Source: Azolla caroliniana
Taxonomy: Eukaryota > Plantae > Polypodiophyta
Assembly: GCA_043228905.1 (NCBI GenBank)
Contig: JBHGNT010000179.1
Span: forward strand, 1 to 59,433
Length of the DNA stretch: 59,433 bases
Direction: 5' to 3'
Made by a program: the position numbers and the translations under genes
In this document: positions 23,016 through 34,563 of the stretch, piece after piece
Numbering within the stretch: position 1 is the stretch's first letter
Layout of the letters: each line of letters starts with the position of its first letter
Notes under the pieces: generated by a model
The model's database searches: none
What the model was told of the DNA's origin: nothing
What the model saw: the letters and a program-made list of their open reading frames with translations, nothing else

Positions 23016-23805
23016 TGTAAAAACAAATAGCATGCGGAAGCAATAGGAAACCGAACACAGAAACACAGGTTTAAAGGAGAGCTTGACAGTACGCGGGAGA
23101 GACAGAGAAGGAGCAGAATAAGTTTGATCCATTTCAAAACAATAATAGTTCTCTCTACATGAAACGTTGTCGAGCCCTTCGGCTCCGGATCGTTGCGTGA
23201 GTCGGGTGGGAACCGCCGAGGTTTTGGACTAGGAGGAAGAGGAATACAACTTAAGGCTAGTTATGAATAATAGGAAGAGAAGTAAGATAGTAATCTCGTG
23301 AATCCCACGAGTTTAGTGTATTTTAAAACAATATTTAGATTATAAGAGTAATTTAGATGGCAAAATTCGTGAATCCCACGAATATATATTAGATTGATCA
23401 ATTCTTCTATATTAATCAACAACCATATACATATTTTTCTCCTCCTTATATAAAGATGGAAGAGGCTAAGCATGGCTTCATGCTTTTTCGCCTAAAGTGC
23501 CCATGCACACTAAATGTGAATGTGATGCTTTGTCATTTCCTAAATATAGGGCTCATGCACGCTAGATGTGCATGAGTCACTTTTAATGTCACGTGTAAAT
23601 AAAATATTCACACTCTAAAGAATACATGATTTTTACCTTTTAATAAAGGTATGTGTAAATAAAGGTCTTATACGTATTAAATCTATAAATGGTAAAGTTG
23701 GGGTTTATCTACGTGGAGGTGCATGGTTCGAATCTTGCCCTATGCACGTGATAAATTCTTTTGATATATTATTTATTTATTTATATGTATCTAAAATCGG
23801 ATATA

Positions 23806-26800
23806 TTATTTTATGGTTTTCACGTAGTGTGTGGAATACACTACGACATTCGCCCCCTCCGAACCCGCACATCCTCCGGTATGTGCCGAAGTTCTCGATC
23901 CCCCATATCCGCCTTCACCCAAAGCTTCCTCCGATTCTCCCCTTATGTCGACTATGAGTTGTAATTCACTTTCTTCGCTTCCCGCATCACCGTGGTCTTC
24001 GTCCGATTGCTCCTCGTTGTCGGCCTTGGCTTGGATCACATAGGGTTTGTCGTCGGTCCGCTTCTTGAAAATCTTCACCCGCTTCCCGGCTGTAGGCACT
24101 CGTAGTATTGTTCCATCCAACTCGGACAGTCGGTACGTTCCGTTGTCGAAGACTTTCCGAACCTCGTATGGCCCGAACCACCTTTTCGCGAATTTCCGCA
24201 TCGTTGTATGTTGATGGTCCAAACTACTGTCATAGACGATCACCCAATCTCCTTTTTCAATCCTCCTCGGTCGTAGTCGGTGCTTTGTGTCAAACCGGCT
24301 TTTGTTCCTTAATCGTGCTTCTTGTTGTCGGCGTATTGCTTCCGCTATGTCTGCCGGTCTTCCCTCTAGTTGTCGTATCCGGACCGCTAGTAGTTCTTCC
24401 CGGCTCATCTCTTCCTTCCACGGTAGCACTGTCCATGTTGCGATCGCGGTTTCCGTCGGCATTACCGGTGCTTGTCCGGTCATGAGTTCTGCCGGCATGT
24501 AACCGGTTATGGAACTATGCGTCGTCCGATCCGCCCATAGTGCATACGGAAGCATCTGCGGCCAGTCCTTCACCTTTCCATCGCATGCCTTCGCAAGTGC
24601 TTTCACGATCAGACTATGTCCTCGTTCGATTTTCCCGTTGGCCTCCGGATTGTATGCCGTTGTCAGCGATAACCGAACTTCGTGTTTAGCGAAGAATCCC
24701 CTAGCTTTGTCCGAGTCGAGTTCTCCCCGGTCCGCAATCACTTGTCCTACGCACCCGTACCTGCAAAATACTTCCTCCAAAAGAAATTGGCATACCGCGG
24801 AACACGTTTTCCTCTGAAGCGCTCGACCTTCTACTTGATTCGTGAGATCTTCCCGAGCTAATACCAAGTATTTCTTTTGTCCGATCCCGATCGGCATGGC
24901 CACTATGTCAACCATCCACTTGAAGTTGATTGTCGGTGAGAATGTCGGATGTAACTCATCTCGATGTCGAACCCCGGAGTAGACTTGACATTTCTCGCAG
25001 CTTTCCGTGAACTCCGCGACATCTTTGTACATTTTCTTCCACCAATATTTTTGCTTGATCTTCACAAATGTTGCCCATGTTCCTCGGTGTCCAGCCCAAT
25101 CGGATTCGTGAAACTCGGACATTATCCGGTTTCGTTGCTCTTTTGTCCCGACTACTCGAAGTGGTATACCATCCGGTCTTTTCGGCGCCCTCCATATTAA
25201 TCCGTTTTCCAAGAAGAACTTTTGGACTTGTCTCTTCTTCCTTCGGATCTCGGCTCTTCTTCCTTTATCGTTTGTTGAATCCTCGGCCTCTTGTAACATC
25301 TTCCCGATCATCAAGATTTCTCCCTCGTATTCTTCTTCTCGGAATTCCCGGATTACGTTTACTCGGCATATGTGCTCTGACGTGAAGTAGTCTTCGGAAA
25401 CTTCTTCATTATCCGATTCGGTTATGTCGTCTCCGAACCGAGCCCTTGATAACATATCCGCTACCGCATTGTCCTTCCCCGAGATGTGTCGAACCTCCGG
25501 ATTAAGCGACTTGACATATGTAACCCACCTTAGCATAGCTACATCCGGTATCGTACAACGCCGCATCATCCCGAGTATCGGAAGACAATCCGTCTCGATC
25601 ACCACTTCGGCTCCGATCAAATAATCCCGATCCGATTTTATCGCCGACACGACTCCCCACAGTTCTCTTTTGACTTGCGCATATCCACGTTGCCTTTCGT
25701 TGAGAACCTTTGCTCCGAATCGGATCGGATACCGCGAACCATCCGAGTCGGCTTGATTGATGACCCACCCGATACCGGTTGGACTTGTATCAACCGTTAC
25801 TATGATCGGTCGGTCATAGCTCGGTTTCTTAAGTGCTTCCGCCCTCCGAAGTGTCTTCTTCAATTTCTTCATGGCTTTGGTGTGTTCTGGTTTCCATTCA
25901 AATTTCTTACCTTTCCGCAACAAGTGGTAGAGTGGATCCGCTATATGTGCATAGTGCGGAATCCATATGTGATAGAATGCACATGCACCGAGAAACCTTC
26001 GGACTTTGGATGTTGACTCGCATACTTCCTCCATAGCTCGAATCGCATCGATCTTTGTTGGTGACGGTCTTCGGCCGTAGGGCCCACATAGATGTCCGAC
26101 CACCAATATTTCTTCTTGCCCGAATGCCGATTTCTCCCCGGAAAGTGTTAGGTGCACATCTTCTAGCTTTCGCAACACTTTCTCGCAATCATGAATATGG
26201 TCGACCACGAACTTTCGGCATCCCCGATCATCCATAGTCTCATCTTTTTCTTCTACCGCGCATCCTTTCATCGGAATGTCATCGAGGAACGGCATCGTTA
26301 TCTCCGGAATGCAGTCTCGAAGCACCTTGTTCATCGCGTTCATCATATGAGCAACCGAGTTTGTCGCTCCTTGTGGTAGTGTGCACATTCGGACTAATCC
26401 TATCGGTGTTCGCATGGTTGTGATGTCTCGGCTCTCCACGGCTAGTTGGAATTGGTCATACCCCGAGTATAGGTCTCCGATGGAGTATATCGCATGACCG
26501 GCAAAAGCTTCCGCAAATTCGTCCACTATCGGACCGACTCCCGAGTTCCGGATCGTGACCTTATTCACCGGTTGCAAGTCTTGGATAAATCGGAGTGACC
26601 CATTCTTCTTCGGAACCGTAAACCATCGATTTGAGTACGGAGCAGTTGATGGCTCTAGAATCCCCATCGCCACCTTCTCCTTGAGCAAGTCAATGACTTT
26701 TGGAATATGCGCTCGTGGCACCGGAATCGGCTTCAGGTTCCACGGTACATGGTCAATCGTGAAGATCACCATCGGCTCCACTGTTCTCGGATCGACGCAC

Positions 26801-27540
26801 CCTATCTCCCTTGATGTAAATGCAAACGCTTTGCCGTGTTGCTCCAACATCTCGCGAAACCGTTCTTCTTCTTTTTGTAATAGGAACCCACCTCCACCGA
26901 TCCGAAGTTTCTTCCGGGTCTCATCCGTGAAGGCATGTCCGATATCCACGGTCTTCCGAAGTGTCGGATCTCCCGAGACTTCTTTCCTCTTTTGTTCGCT
27001 ATCGGCGGGTAGTGGTCCCGCGGCCGGTTTCACCTTCTTCTCCATGGTCTTGTATTTCGTACTTACCATTGCTTCTTCTTTGCGGAGCGTATCCGGCTCC
27101 ATTTTCGCAATGATCTCGTACATCTCGACCGATTCCACCGGGACTACCCGGTTCCCTTGGCTTTTATCTTCCGCAAGTTCTTCAAGTCGTTGTAGCGTGC
27201 TCCCATAGAACACTTCTTCGACTATCCCCACGATTTCTTCATCTTCTTTTATTATTGATGCCGACCGCAACTTATCCTCCACTTGTCGGTATCCTTTCTT
27301 CAATCCTCCGGTTACGGTTGTGTACGTAGATGCCCCATCCGGACCTATTCGTACATGTTTTGCTCCGAGAGTTTTCTTCCTGTGTGGGGTATCAGGGCTT
27401 CTCGGACTATCACTTCCCCACTCCGCAACAGTCCGCTTTAAAAATCCATTCTCACTTGGGACAAGAGTTCGCTCTTGTTCCTTTCGTGATTTGCTGGCAC
27501 CGTTAGGAATTTGACGGATTTCCCACCGTTTTGGCTCCAA
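23806..27540 (-). CDS. pol: G2 Pol polyprotein (RT, RNase H, integrase)
   Basis: 1244-aa open frame with the same LPQG/FLDD, HHCC and DDE motifs as G1 Pol; overlaps the gag end in the -1 frame. Confidence 0.95.
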   Translation of the reverse strand: MEPKRWEIRQIPNGASKSRKEQERTLVPSENGFLKRTVAEWGSDSPRSPDTPHRKKTLGAKHVRIGPDGASTYTTVTGGLKKGYRQVEDKLRSASIIKEDEEIVGIVEEVFYGSTLQRLEELAEDKSQGNRVVPVESVEMYEIIAKMEPDTLRKEEAMVSTKYKTMEKKVKPAAGPLPADSEQKRKEVSGDPTLRKTVDIGHAFTDETRKKLRIGGGGFLLQKEEERFREMLEQHGKAFAFTSREIGCVDPRTVEPMVIFTIDHVPWNLKPIPVPRAHIPKVIDLLKEKVAMGILEPSTAPYSNRWFTVPKKNGSLRFIQDLQPVNKVTIRNSGVGPIVDEFAEAFAGHAIYSIGDLYSGYDQFQLAVESRDITTMRTPIGLVRMCTLPQGATNSVAHMMNAMNKVLRDCIPEITMPFLDDIPMKGCAVEEKDETMDDRGCRKFVVDHIHDCEKVLRKLEDVHLTLSGEKSAFGQEEILVVGHLCGPYGRRPSPTKIDAIRAMEEVCESTSKVRRFLGACAFYHIWIPHYAHIADPLYHLLRKGKKFEWKPEHTKAMKKLKKTLRRAEALKKPSYDRPIIVTVDTSPTGIGWVINQADSDGSRYPIRFGAKVLNERQRGYAQVKRELWGVVSAIKSDRDYLIGAEVVIETDCLPILGMMRRCTIPDVAMLRWVTYVKSLNPEVRHISGKDNAVADMLSRARFGDDITESDNEEVSEDYFTSEHICRVNVIREFREEEYEGEILMIGKMLQEAEDSTNDKGRRAEIRRKKRQVQKFFLENGLIWRAPKRPDGIPLRVVGTKEQRNRIMSEFHESDWAGHRGTWATFVKIKQKYWWKKMYKDVAEFTESCEKCQVYSGVRHRDELHPTFSPTINFKWMVDIVAMPIGIGQKKYLVLAREDLTNQVEGRALQRKTCSAVCQFLLEEVFCRYGCVGQVIADRGELDSDKARGFFAKHEVRLSLTTAYNPEANGKIERGHSLIVKALAKACDGKVKDWPQMLPYALWADRTTHSSITGYMPAELMTGQAPVMPTETAIATWTVLPWKEEMSREELLAVRIRQLEGRPADIAEAIRRQQEARLRNKSRFDTKHRLRPRRIEKGDWVIVYDSSLDHQHTTMRKFAKRWFGPYEVRKVFDNGTYRLSELDGTILRVPTAGKRVKIFKKRTDDKPYVIQAKADNEEQSDEDHGDAGSEESELQLIVDIRGESEEALGEGGYGGSRTSAHTGGCAGSEGANVVVYSTHYVKTIK
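27384..27447 (-). promoter_or_regulatory. Putative -1 ribosomal frameshift signal (GGAUUUU plus pseudoknot), G2
   Basis: G GAT TTT TAA at the gag stop; 6-nt spacer; GGACTGTTGC/GTGATAGTCC stem; GTGGGG/CCCCAC second stem. Confidence 0.75.
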
Positions 27541-29501
27541 ATTCGCGCAAAAGCCGCACCGCTATCGAGCACCTTCGTCTCCATCCGTGATGCCGTGATA
27601 AAGGGTTGGCCGAGGATGACGGAATGTGAAACCTCATCTTGCACGAAGAAATTTTGGTCGATCTCGACATCCCCGATCTTCACCGTCACATCCGGACAAG
27701 CCGCAAATAGATCTTCCGTTGCTTTGGTGGCCACCCGAATCTTCCATCCATGGTTGGTGTTAATAGGCCACTTCCCCTTCCGGTAGAACTCCTTGGACAT
27801 CAAGTTGATCTCCGATCCGTGATCAATCAATGCTAGCACGGGTTCTTTGATGTTGCCGATTCGGACCGGAGTCTTCGTAGTCGCGCGTGCCCAATGTGGC
27901 CTTGTATAGTGGGAGTTCGGAATTTCGTCCTCCACTTCAGTGTCGTTCATTAAAACGGTGTTCGCATTCACCCTTGGAGCATTTTCCTCCGTACTTTGTC
28001 TTTTTCGCTTCACGAGATCCACGAGAAGATCGTGGAACTCCTTCTTTGCTATTCCGAGTAGCTCCCGAAGCGAGAAATCTACCCGGCTATCCAAGATTCT
28101 TTCCTCGAACACTCTTTTCAAGTCGGTTTGTTGTTCTATGTCCGAGGCGAGCTTGAATGCCGGAGTCGCCTTTTCTTTTCCCTTACCTCCGGAGTTCCAG
28201 CTTTCCGGTATCTTCGATGGACCGGCCGCATCCTCCGTTCGTCGTCGTTTCTCGTCCACATACACCTTATGCAATTGACACAGGGCGTATACGCTATTCT
28301 TGTCGACAGGGCACTCCCATCCCGTAGCTTCCCGGACGCCTTCCGCGGTGCTTCGGATCTCGTTGGAGTCGGTTTTCTCGGTGTTTTCTAGAACTTCCGG
28401 CCAAAAAGACGTCTTTGCTCTCGATGACTCCCCGACACATATTCCCGCGGTTGTCGCATAGTTGCTTCTTGCCGCCAATTCCTCCTCGAGCACCTTCTTC
28501 ATGCCGCCTTTACGGAAGTTCGGTCGGAGTGGCTTCCGAGAGTCCATCGAATGAATCCGGTTTCCCTCGTAGTAGATGAGATCCCACCGTAGCGCCTCCT
28601 TATGCTCGTCGCAATCCCTCCGATCGTGTTCGGCGCTATCGCACCATATGCACCGTCGGTCCGTATACTTGGAGCTTGTGGGGCGGTCATCCGACTTCTT
28701 CACCATCGCGATCTTCAGATTCTCCATCTCCTTCAATAGTTGCTCCACCGTAGATGCATCAATCCCCTTCTCGGTTGTAGTCTCTCGAGCCCTCGGTTGA
28801 TGGTCTTCCAATCCGGTTCTCGGTTTCGGAATCGGTTCCGAAACCCTCTTTTCCTCGTCGGCAAGCCATTGCCCCCTCTTCGTGTATCGCGCGACGATAT
28901 CCCGCACGCTTTCCCATGTTTCGGTGAGGCCGCTCTCCGTGGTCGTGTCCTCCAAGAGCACTCCGAGATCTTTCCGGTCCCGGACGTCCACGGCTCGCAA
29001 GAACATGATTACCTTGTCCGGTACGAGGATAGCTTGATCTCTCGCGGACAACCTCCCGAACCGGCTTTCGAATGCCGAAAACACATCAACGACCTTCAAT
29101 CCCTTGTCCGGCGTCTCCACCCAATCTTCGAATCCCCTTCGCGTCGCCTTGGAGGAATCCTCGATGGTGAACGTCCTCTTTAGCTCTACTTCAAACGCCT
29201 CCCATGTCGGATTTTGTTGTCGTAGCCCATGGATGCTTGCTTGAAGCCCGTCGGTCGCCACCCGGTTGAAGGACGTCACTTGCAGTCCTTCCGATATTCC
29301 GCACCGTAGCATCTCCGCCTTGTAATCCCGAAGATACCGCGACACGTCTTTCCCGTTGAATTGCCTGTTTCGTTGCACGAGCCGCTCCAATGATGCCGCT
29401 ATCTCCGACATCCTGCGTTGTTCTTGTAGCATGCGCTCGAACATCATCATCATGTTGCTAGCCTCCGGTTGATTTTCATCTCCTTGCCACTCGGTCTTCA
29501 C
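27438..29501 (-). CDS. gag: G2 Gag-protease
   Basis: 687-aa ORF; zinc knuckle CIWCDSAEHDRRDC; protease LIDHGSEINLM...VILGQPF. Confidence 0.92.
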   Translation of the reverse strand: MKTEWQGDENQPEASNMMMMFERMLQEQRRMSEIAASLERLVQRNRQFNGKDVSRYLRDYKAEMLRCGISEGLQVTSFNRVATDGLQASIHGLRQQNPTWEAFEVELKRTFTIEDSSKATRRGFEDWVETPDKGLKVVDVFSAFESRFGRLSARDQAILVPDKVIMFLRAVDVRDRKDLGVLLEDTTTESGLTETWESVRDIVARYTKRGQWLADEEKRVSEPIPKPRTGLEDHQPRARETTTEKGIDASTVEQLLKEMENLKIAMVKKSDDRPTSSKYTDRRCIWCDSAEHDRRDCDEHKEALRWDLIYYEGNRIHSMDSRKPLRPNFRKGGMKKVLEEELAARSNYATTAGICVGESSRAKTSFWPEVLENTEKTDSNEIRSTAEGVREATGWECPVDKNSVYALCQLHKVYVDEKRRRTEDAAGPSKIPESWNSGGKGKEKATPAFKLASDIEQQTDLKRVFEERILDSRVDFSLRELLGIAKKEFHDLLVDLVKRKRQSTEENAPRVNANTVLMNDTEVEDEIPNSHYTRPHWARATTKTPVRIGNIKEPVLALIDHGSEINLMSKEFYRKGKWPINTNHGWKIRVATKATEDLFAACPDVTVKIGDVEIDQNFFVQDEVSHSVILGQPFITASRMETKVLDSGAAFARIWSQNGGKSVKFLTVPANHERNKSELLSQVRMDF

Positions 29502-29514
29502 GTCGGGTTCACCA
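29497..29514 (-). promoter_or_regulatory. tRNA-Trp primer-binding site of G2
   Basis: Identical 18-mer to the G1 PBS, again 4 nt from the LTR. Confidence 0.85.
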
Positions 29515-30751
29515 ACTGTGTCGAGCCCTTCGGCTCCGGATCGTTGCGTGAGTCGGGTGGGAACCGCCGAGGTTTTGGACTAGGAGGAAGAGGAATACAA
29601 CTTAAGGCTAGTTATGAATAATAGGAAGAGAAGTAAGATAGTAATCTCGTGAATCCCACGAGTGTAGTGTATTTTAAAACAATATTTAGATTATAAGAGT
29701 AATTTAGATGGCAAAATTCGTGAATCCCACGAATATATATTAGATTGATCAATTCTTCTATATTAATCAACAACCATATACATATTTTTCTCCTCCTTAT
29801 ATAAAGATGGAAGAGGCTAAGCATGGCTTCATGCTTTTTCGCCTAAAGTGCCCATGCACACTAAATGTGCATGTGATGCTTTGTCATTTCCTAAATATAG
29901 GGCTCATGCACGCTAGATGTGCATGAGTCACTTTTAATGTCACGTGTAAATAAAATATTCACACTCTAAAGAATACATGATTTTTACCTTTTAATAAAGG
30001 TATGTGTAAATAAAGGTCTTATACGTATTAAATCTATATTTATAACACTAAAGATAAATTATTACAATGGTAAAGTTGGGTTTATCTACGTGGAGGTGCA
30101 TGGTTCGAATCTTGCCCTATGCACGTGATAAATTCTTTTGATATATTATTTATTTATTTATATGTATCTAAAATCGGATATATTATTTTATGGTTTTCAC
30201 GTAGTGTGTGGAATACACTATGACAACGTGCTCAACAACACTATTTATACAAGTTCTAAGAGGACTGACAGAAGTACCGCGTACTTCAATGCTCACTTGA
30301 GCGTCTGACACTAACTACGAGACTATTAACTACCTAGTAGTCTAGGCTACTAATAGACTTCCGATTATTGTTTGGTCTAGCTAACCGGCTCCCCAGCTCA
30401 CCGGTTCAATGGCTCGCCGGCTCACCGATCCGGCTTCATCCTTCCGGATGTCGATCCGGCTCAGGCTTATTCAGCCGATCCAGATCCGGTTGAGCTTGCC
30501 GCACAACACTCCCCCTCAAGCTCAACTTAAGGTCGGATCATAGTGTCAGTCTCCATGGCCGCCGGTCCTTCCACCCGGCTCCTTCGAGCATCACTCCACC
30601 TCGATCGCGCTCCTCGTCCGGTTCGGTTCCGTTTGATGCGACCCTTCTGATTTTGCGCACCTCGACCTCCTCGATCGGCTTGTTTGCTCAACGGGCCTAA
30701 TTCAACTCCCTCGCTGCTGTGACTTCGGCTCTTGTCAACCCGTTGGTTCCT

Positions 30752-33700
30752 TCATGTTGGCGTCAACTTCCGCCACCTTCTCGTCCGCTTGGCCTTCAGT
30801 TGATCCGGTTCTTCCAAATCCGTCTGTTGAACTGAATCGACTGTCTCTGATTTGTTCCAACTCTTGTCCGAATCGGTCGCTCCTGATTCGTCTTTCGATT
30901 CCAGGCCCTTCACCACTCTGCATCCACTGCCGCGAGTTCCGACTTTTTCAGATGTGTCCACTTCCTTTGTCGACTCGGCTCCTTTCTTCTTCTTGTCTCC
31001 CCCTTTATTGGTTCTTCCCTCACCGGCGCAATCAGCAGTTTCTTTGCCTTTGCCCGTTCCAGTGTCTTTGCTCGTTCTTCCCCTCAAGTGTGGCATGTCG
31101 AGATGCTGAAAACCAAGCATTTCAGTGAAGTGCTGCAACTTGTCCAATCCGAGCGGTTTGGTGAAGATGTCGGCAACCTTCCGATCCGTATGAACATACC
31201 GAAATTCGACTTCACCACTCAGGACACGCTCATGCACGAAGTGGTAGTGCACTTCTATGTGGTTTGTGCGAGCATGAAATACGAGGTTCTTGGTGAGCTG
31301 CATGCTGCTTATGTTGTCGCCGTAGATCAGGATCTGGGTCGGCACTTCGATCCGCAGGTCTTGCGGTAGTCGCCGTAGCCAAATGGCTTCACAGGTGGCA
31401 ACGATAGCGCCCCGGTACTCAGCCTCAGTGCTCGAAAGGGCCATTGTTGGCTGCTTTTTGTTGTTCCATGCAACAACCACGCTACCAAGGGAAAACATAT
31501 AGTTGGAGGTGGATCGGCGATACGATGCATCGCCGGCCTAGTGGGCATCGGTGTAGCCGACGAGCTCTTCGGTTTTACCATGCCAGTATAACAGTCCCCG
31601 TTCGTTCGTGCCGCTCTCATATCGCAAAATTTGATGCGTGCATAGAAGGTGCTCCACAGTCAGCTTCTGCATATATTGGCTAATCACGCCGACCAGATAA
31701 CTGATGTTGGGTCGGGTGATTGTCAAATATTTAAGGCTTCCGACGATTTTCGGAACCGCTTCTCATCGCAGGCCGGTCCGGAGTCGGGGTAGCGCTTCTT
31801 GTTCTGGTCCAGGGGTGTGGAGATCGGTCGGCATTACGTCATGCCGAACTTGTACAGCATATTCAACACATAGTGTCTTTGTGAGAGCAATATGCCGTCG
31901 GGGGTTCGGATCACCTCGATCCCAAGGAAATAGTGAAGGTCCCTCATGTCCTTCATCTCAAATGTGTCCGACAACGGGGACTTGACTCGGCTGATTTCAT
32001 CTAGTCTGGGTCCGGTGATGACTAGATCATCAACATACAACAAGATGCAAACCGGACCGTCCGGAACTTGCCGGATGAACAACGAAGAGTCAGACTTGGA
32101 GGCTGCAAACCCCATCTTACGCAACTGGTGCGTGATCTTTGCATTCCAAGCTTGGGGAGCTTGCTTCAGCCCATAGAGTGACTTCTTCAGTCGGCATACC
32201 GCCGACTTGTTCATCTCCGTCTAGAAACCGGGGGGTTGGGTCATAAAGACCTCTTCTTCAAGATCGCCTTGAAGAAACGCATTCTTTACGTCCATTTGGT
32301 GAAGATGCGACCCCCTTGCCGCACCAACTGCCAGTACCACACGAACTGTCGTCATCTTCGCTACCGGAGCAAAGGTCTCATCGTAGTCAATTCCGTGGGT
32401 CTGCGAGTATCCCTTTGCCACTAACTGGACCTTGTACCGGTTAACCGAACTGTCGGCATTGTACTTTACCTTGTACACCCACTTACATCCGATCGGTTTA
32501 TAGTGTCGGGGAGAGTCAACGAGGTCCCATGTGTCGCTGGCATCAAGTGCCCGCATTTCTTCCTCCATAGCGGCACGCCAATTTGCGACCTTTGCCGCTT
32601 TTGCGTAGCTCCCCGGCTCACGCAATTCCGCCAGCTTGGTCATGTACGCATAGTGATGCGCCATGTACTCATTGTACCCGTACCACTTCACGGTGTTCTT
32701 CTTGCGGGAAGACCGGTGTAACTTATCGTCGTTACCTAGTTTGAGGCCCTTCTTGGCCGGTTCGGACTTCATTCTCGACGATCCATCGTCATCCTTTCCG
32801 TAGTCGGATTTGCTTTGATTTGACTCAACGTTGCCGGTTTCGTATTCTGACATCTTCTTCTTCCCCATCTCTTTGCGCGTGAACCGTCTCCTCAGTTCCT
32901 TGCGCGGGGAGAGCACGGCAGAGTCTCCATTACTCGCCAGTTCCTCATCTGACTAGTCATCCCGACTCAGCCGCTCATTCGGTCCACTTAACCGAAATGA
33001 GATCGGACTCTCTTCTAGAGTGTCGAGGTCTTCATCTTCTATCTGGACCGGTTCAGGCTCACTAGCCTCATCGTGTAGTATTGGGTCGGGGTCCGAAGTC
33101 GGAGCCGGAGCCGGTAAGGCATACCATGGTGTCGTTTCATCAAACTAATCATCCCAGCTAACTCAGACCTGCTTTGTCCGGAGGTTATAACACTTATACC
33201 CCTTTTGCTCATGCGAGTAACTAACCAGGATGCATTTCTCCGACTTTGCATCCAACTTCCTCTGCTTCTCATCCGGCACATGCACATATGCGATGCTACC
33301 AAATATCCGAAGGTCACTCAAATTTGGCTTGCGTCCGAAATACAGCTCATGCACGGATACCTTGTCGCCGATCCGGTTTTTGATGCAGACGGCTATCCGG
33401 ACCGCCTCCGCCCAGTAGAAGTGGGGCATGCTCTTCTCCTCCAGCATTGCCCTTGCCGCGTTGACCATCGACCAATTCTTCCTCTCGGCCACACCGTTTT
33501 GCTCCGATGTGTATCTGTAGCTGAACTCTCTCCAAATTCCTTTTTGCTACATATAATTGATGAATTGGCCGGAAAAATATTATTTTCCGCCATCCGACCG
33601 CAGGCACTTGATCTTCCTCTCAGTTTCCCATTCAACCAAGCTTTGCAGGTTTCGGAAACACTCAAAGACTTCGCTCTTCTGCTCAATGAGGTAGATCCAT

Positions 33701-34112
33701 GTGTGCCGGCTGTAGTCGTCAATGAAGGAGACGAAATACTGACTCCCGCCAAGACTAACATTCTACGTCGGTCCCCATACATCTGAACGAATAACGTCGA
33801 GCTTGTTACGGCTACGGTTTCGATCGGTGGGGAATGGACGCTGATGTTGCTTCCCGAGTTGGCAAGCTTCACATATTTGAGCCTTTCGGCCACTGAACTT
33901 CGGCAAACCGAAAACAACTTGTTTCGTTTGCAGGACTTGAAGCCTCCGATAATTGACGTGGCCGATCCGCTTGTGCCACAAGTCTATGTCTGATTCAACT
34001 TTCTGTCCTTTGGTGAACAAAGCGGTGCCTATGTCATTGGTGTCAAGGATGAACATCCTCCTGTCTCTGCGCCCTAGCGCAATAATCTGGCGCTCTTCCT
34101 GGATGAAGCACC
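30752..34112 (-). pseudogene. pol: Copia B pol (integrase, RT, RNase H), broken by stops and frameshifts
   Basis: ORFs 33763..34056, 33163..33492, 32221..32916, 31834..32214 (YVDD) and 30752..31498 (ALSSTEAEY, FHARTNHIEVHYHF). Confidence 0.92.
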
Positions 34113-34563
34113 TATTAGAGATTAGGTACTAAAGTAAGCATAAAATAAGGATATATCAATGATAGATCTAGAAAGAATAGAGAGAAAAGAGAGAAAGAAG
34201 GGTGCCGATCCACCCGACCACCCCCGAGCGAAGGGATCGAGACGGACTCGAGCCTCGATCGGCGTCCCATACCACCGCCTTGGCGTCGAGTCGTACCTGG
34301 ACGATAGCGCGCTTGCTACAAGAGTCGTTCCACTCACGGACAGAGTCTCGACGTAGTCAATGCATGCCCCAATGAGGGTAGCTAGGCCTCTTATTTATAG
34401 TAATTCTCAAGGCCCCCAGCCATGTTCACACTTGGCCTCATGGGTTGTCTCAATCCCGAGGATTAAAAGTAATCCTCCCCTTCTTTAGACTCTTTGTTTA
34501 ACCCTCACACTTATCCACGTGTATAGAATACTACGACAATTCTCACCACGGGATATTATATGG

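Larger units (their letters stand above)
23168..30225 (-). mobile_element. Full-length Ty3/gypsy element G2 (same lineage as G1), inserted in the 3' LTR of B
   Basis: LTRs 23168-23848 and 29519-30225 (~3 substitutions, 27-bp and 1-bp indels); 4-bp TSD ACGT; empty site visible at ~48070; tRNA-Trp PBS 29497-29514. Confidence 0.97.
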
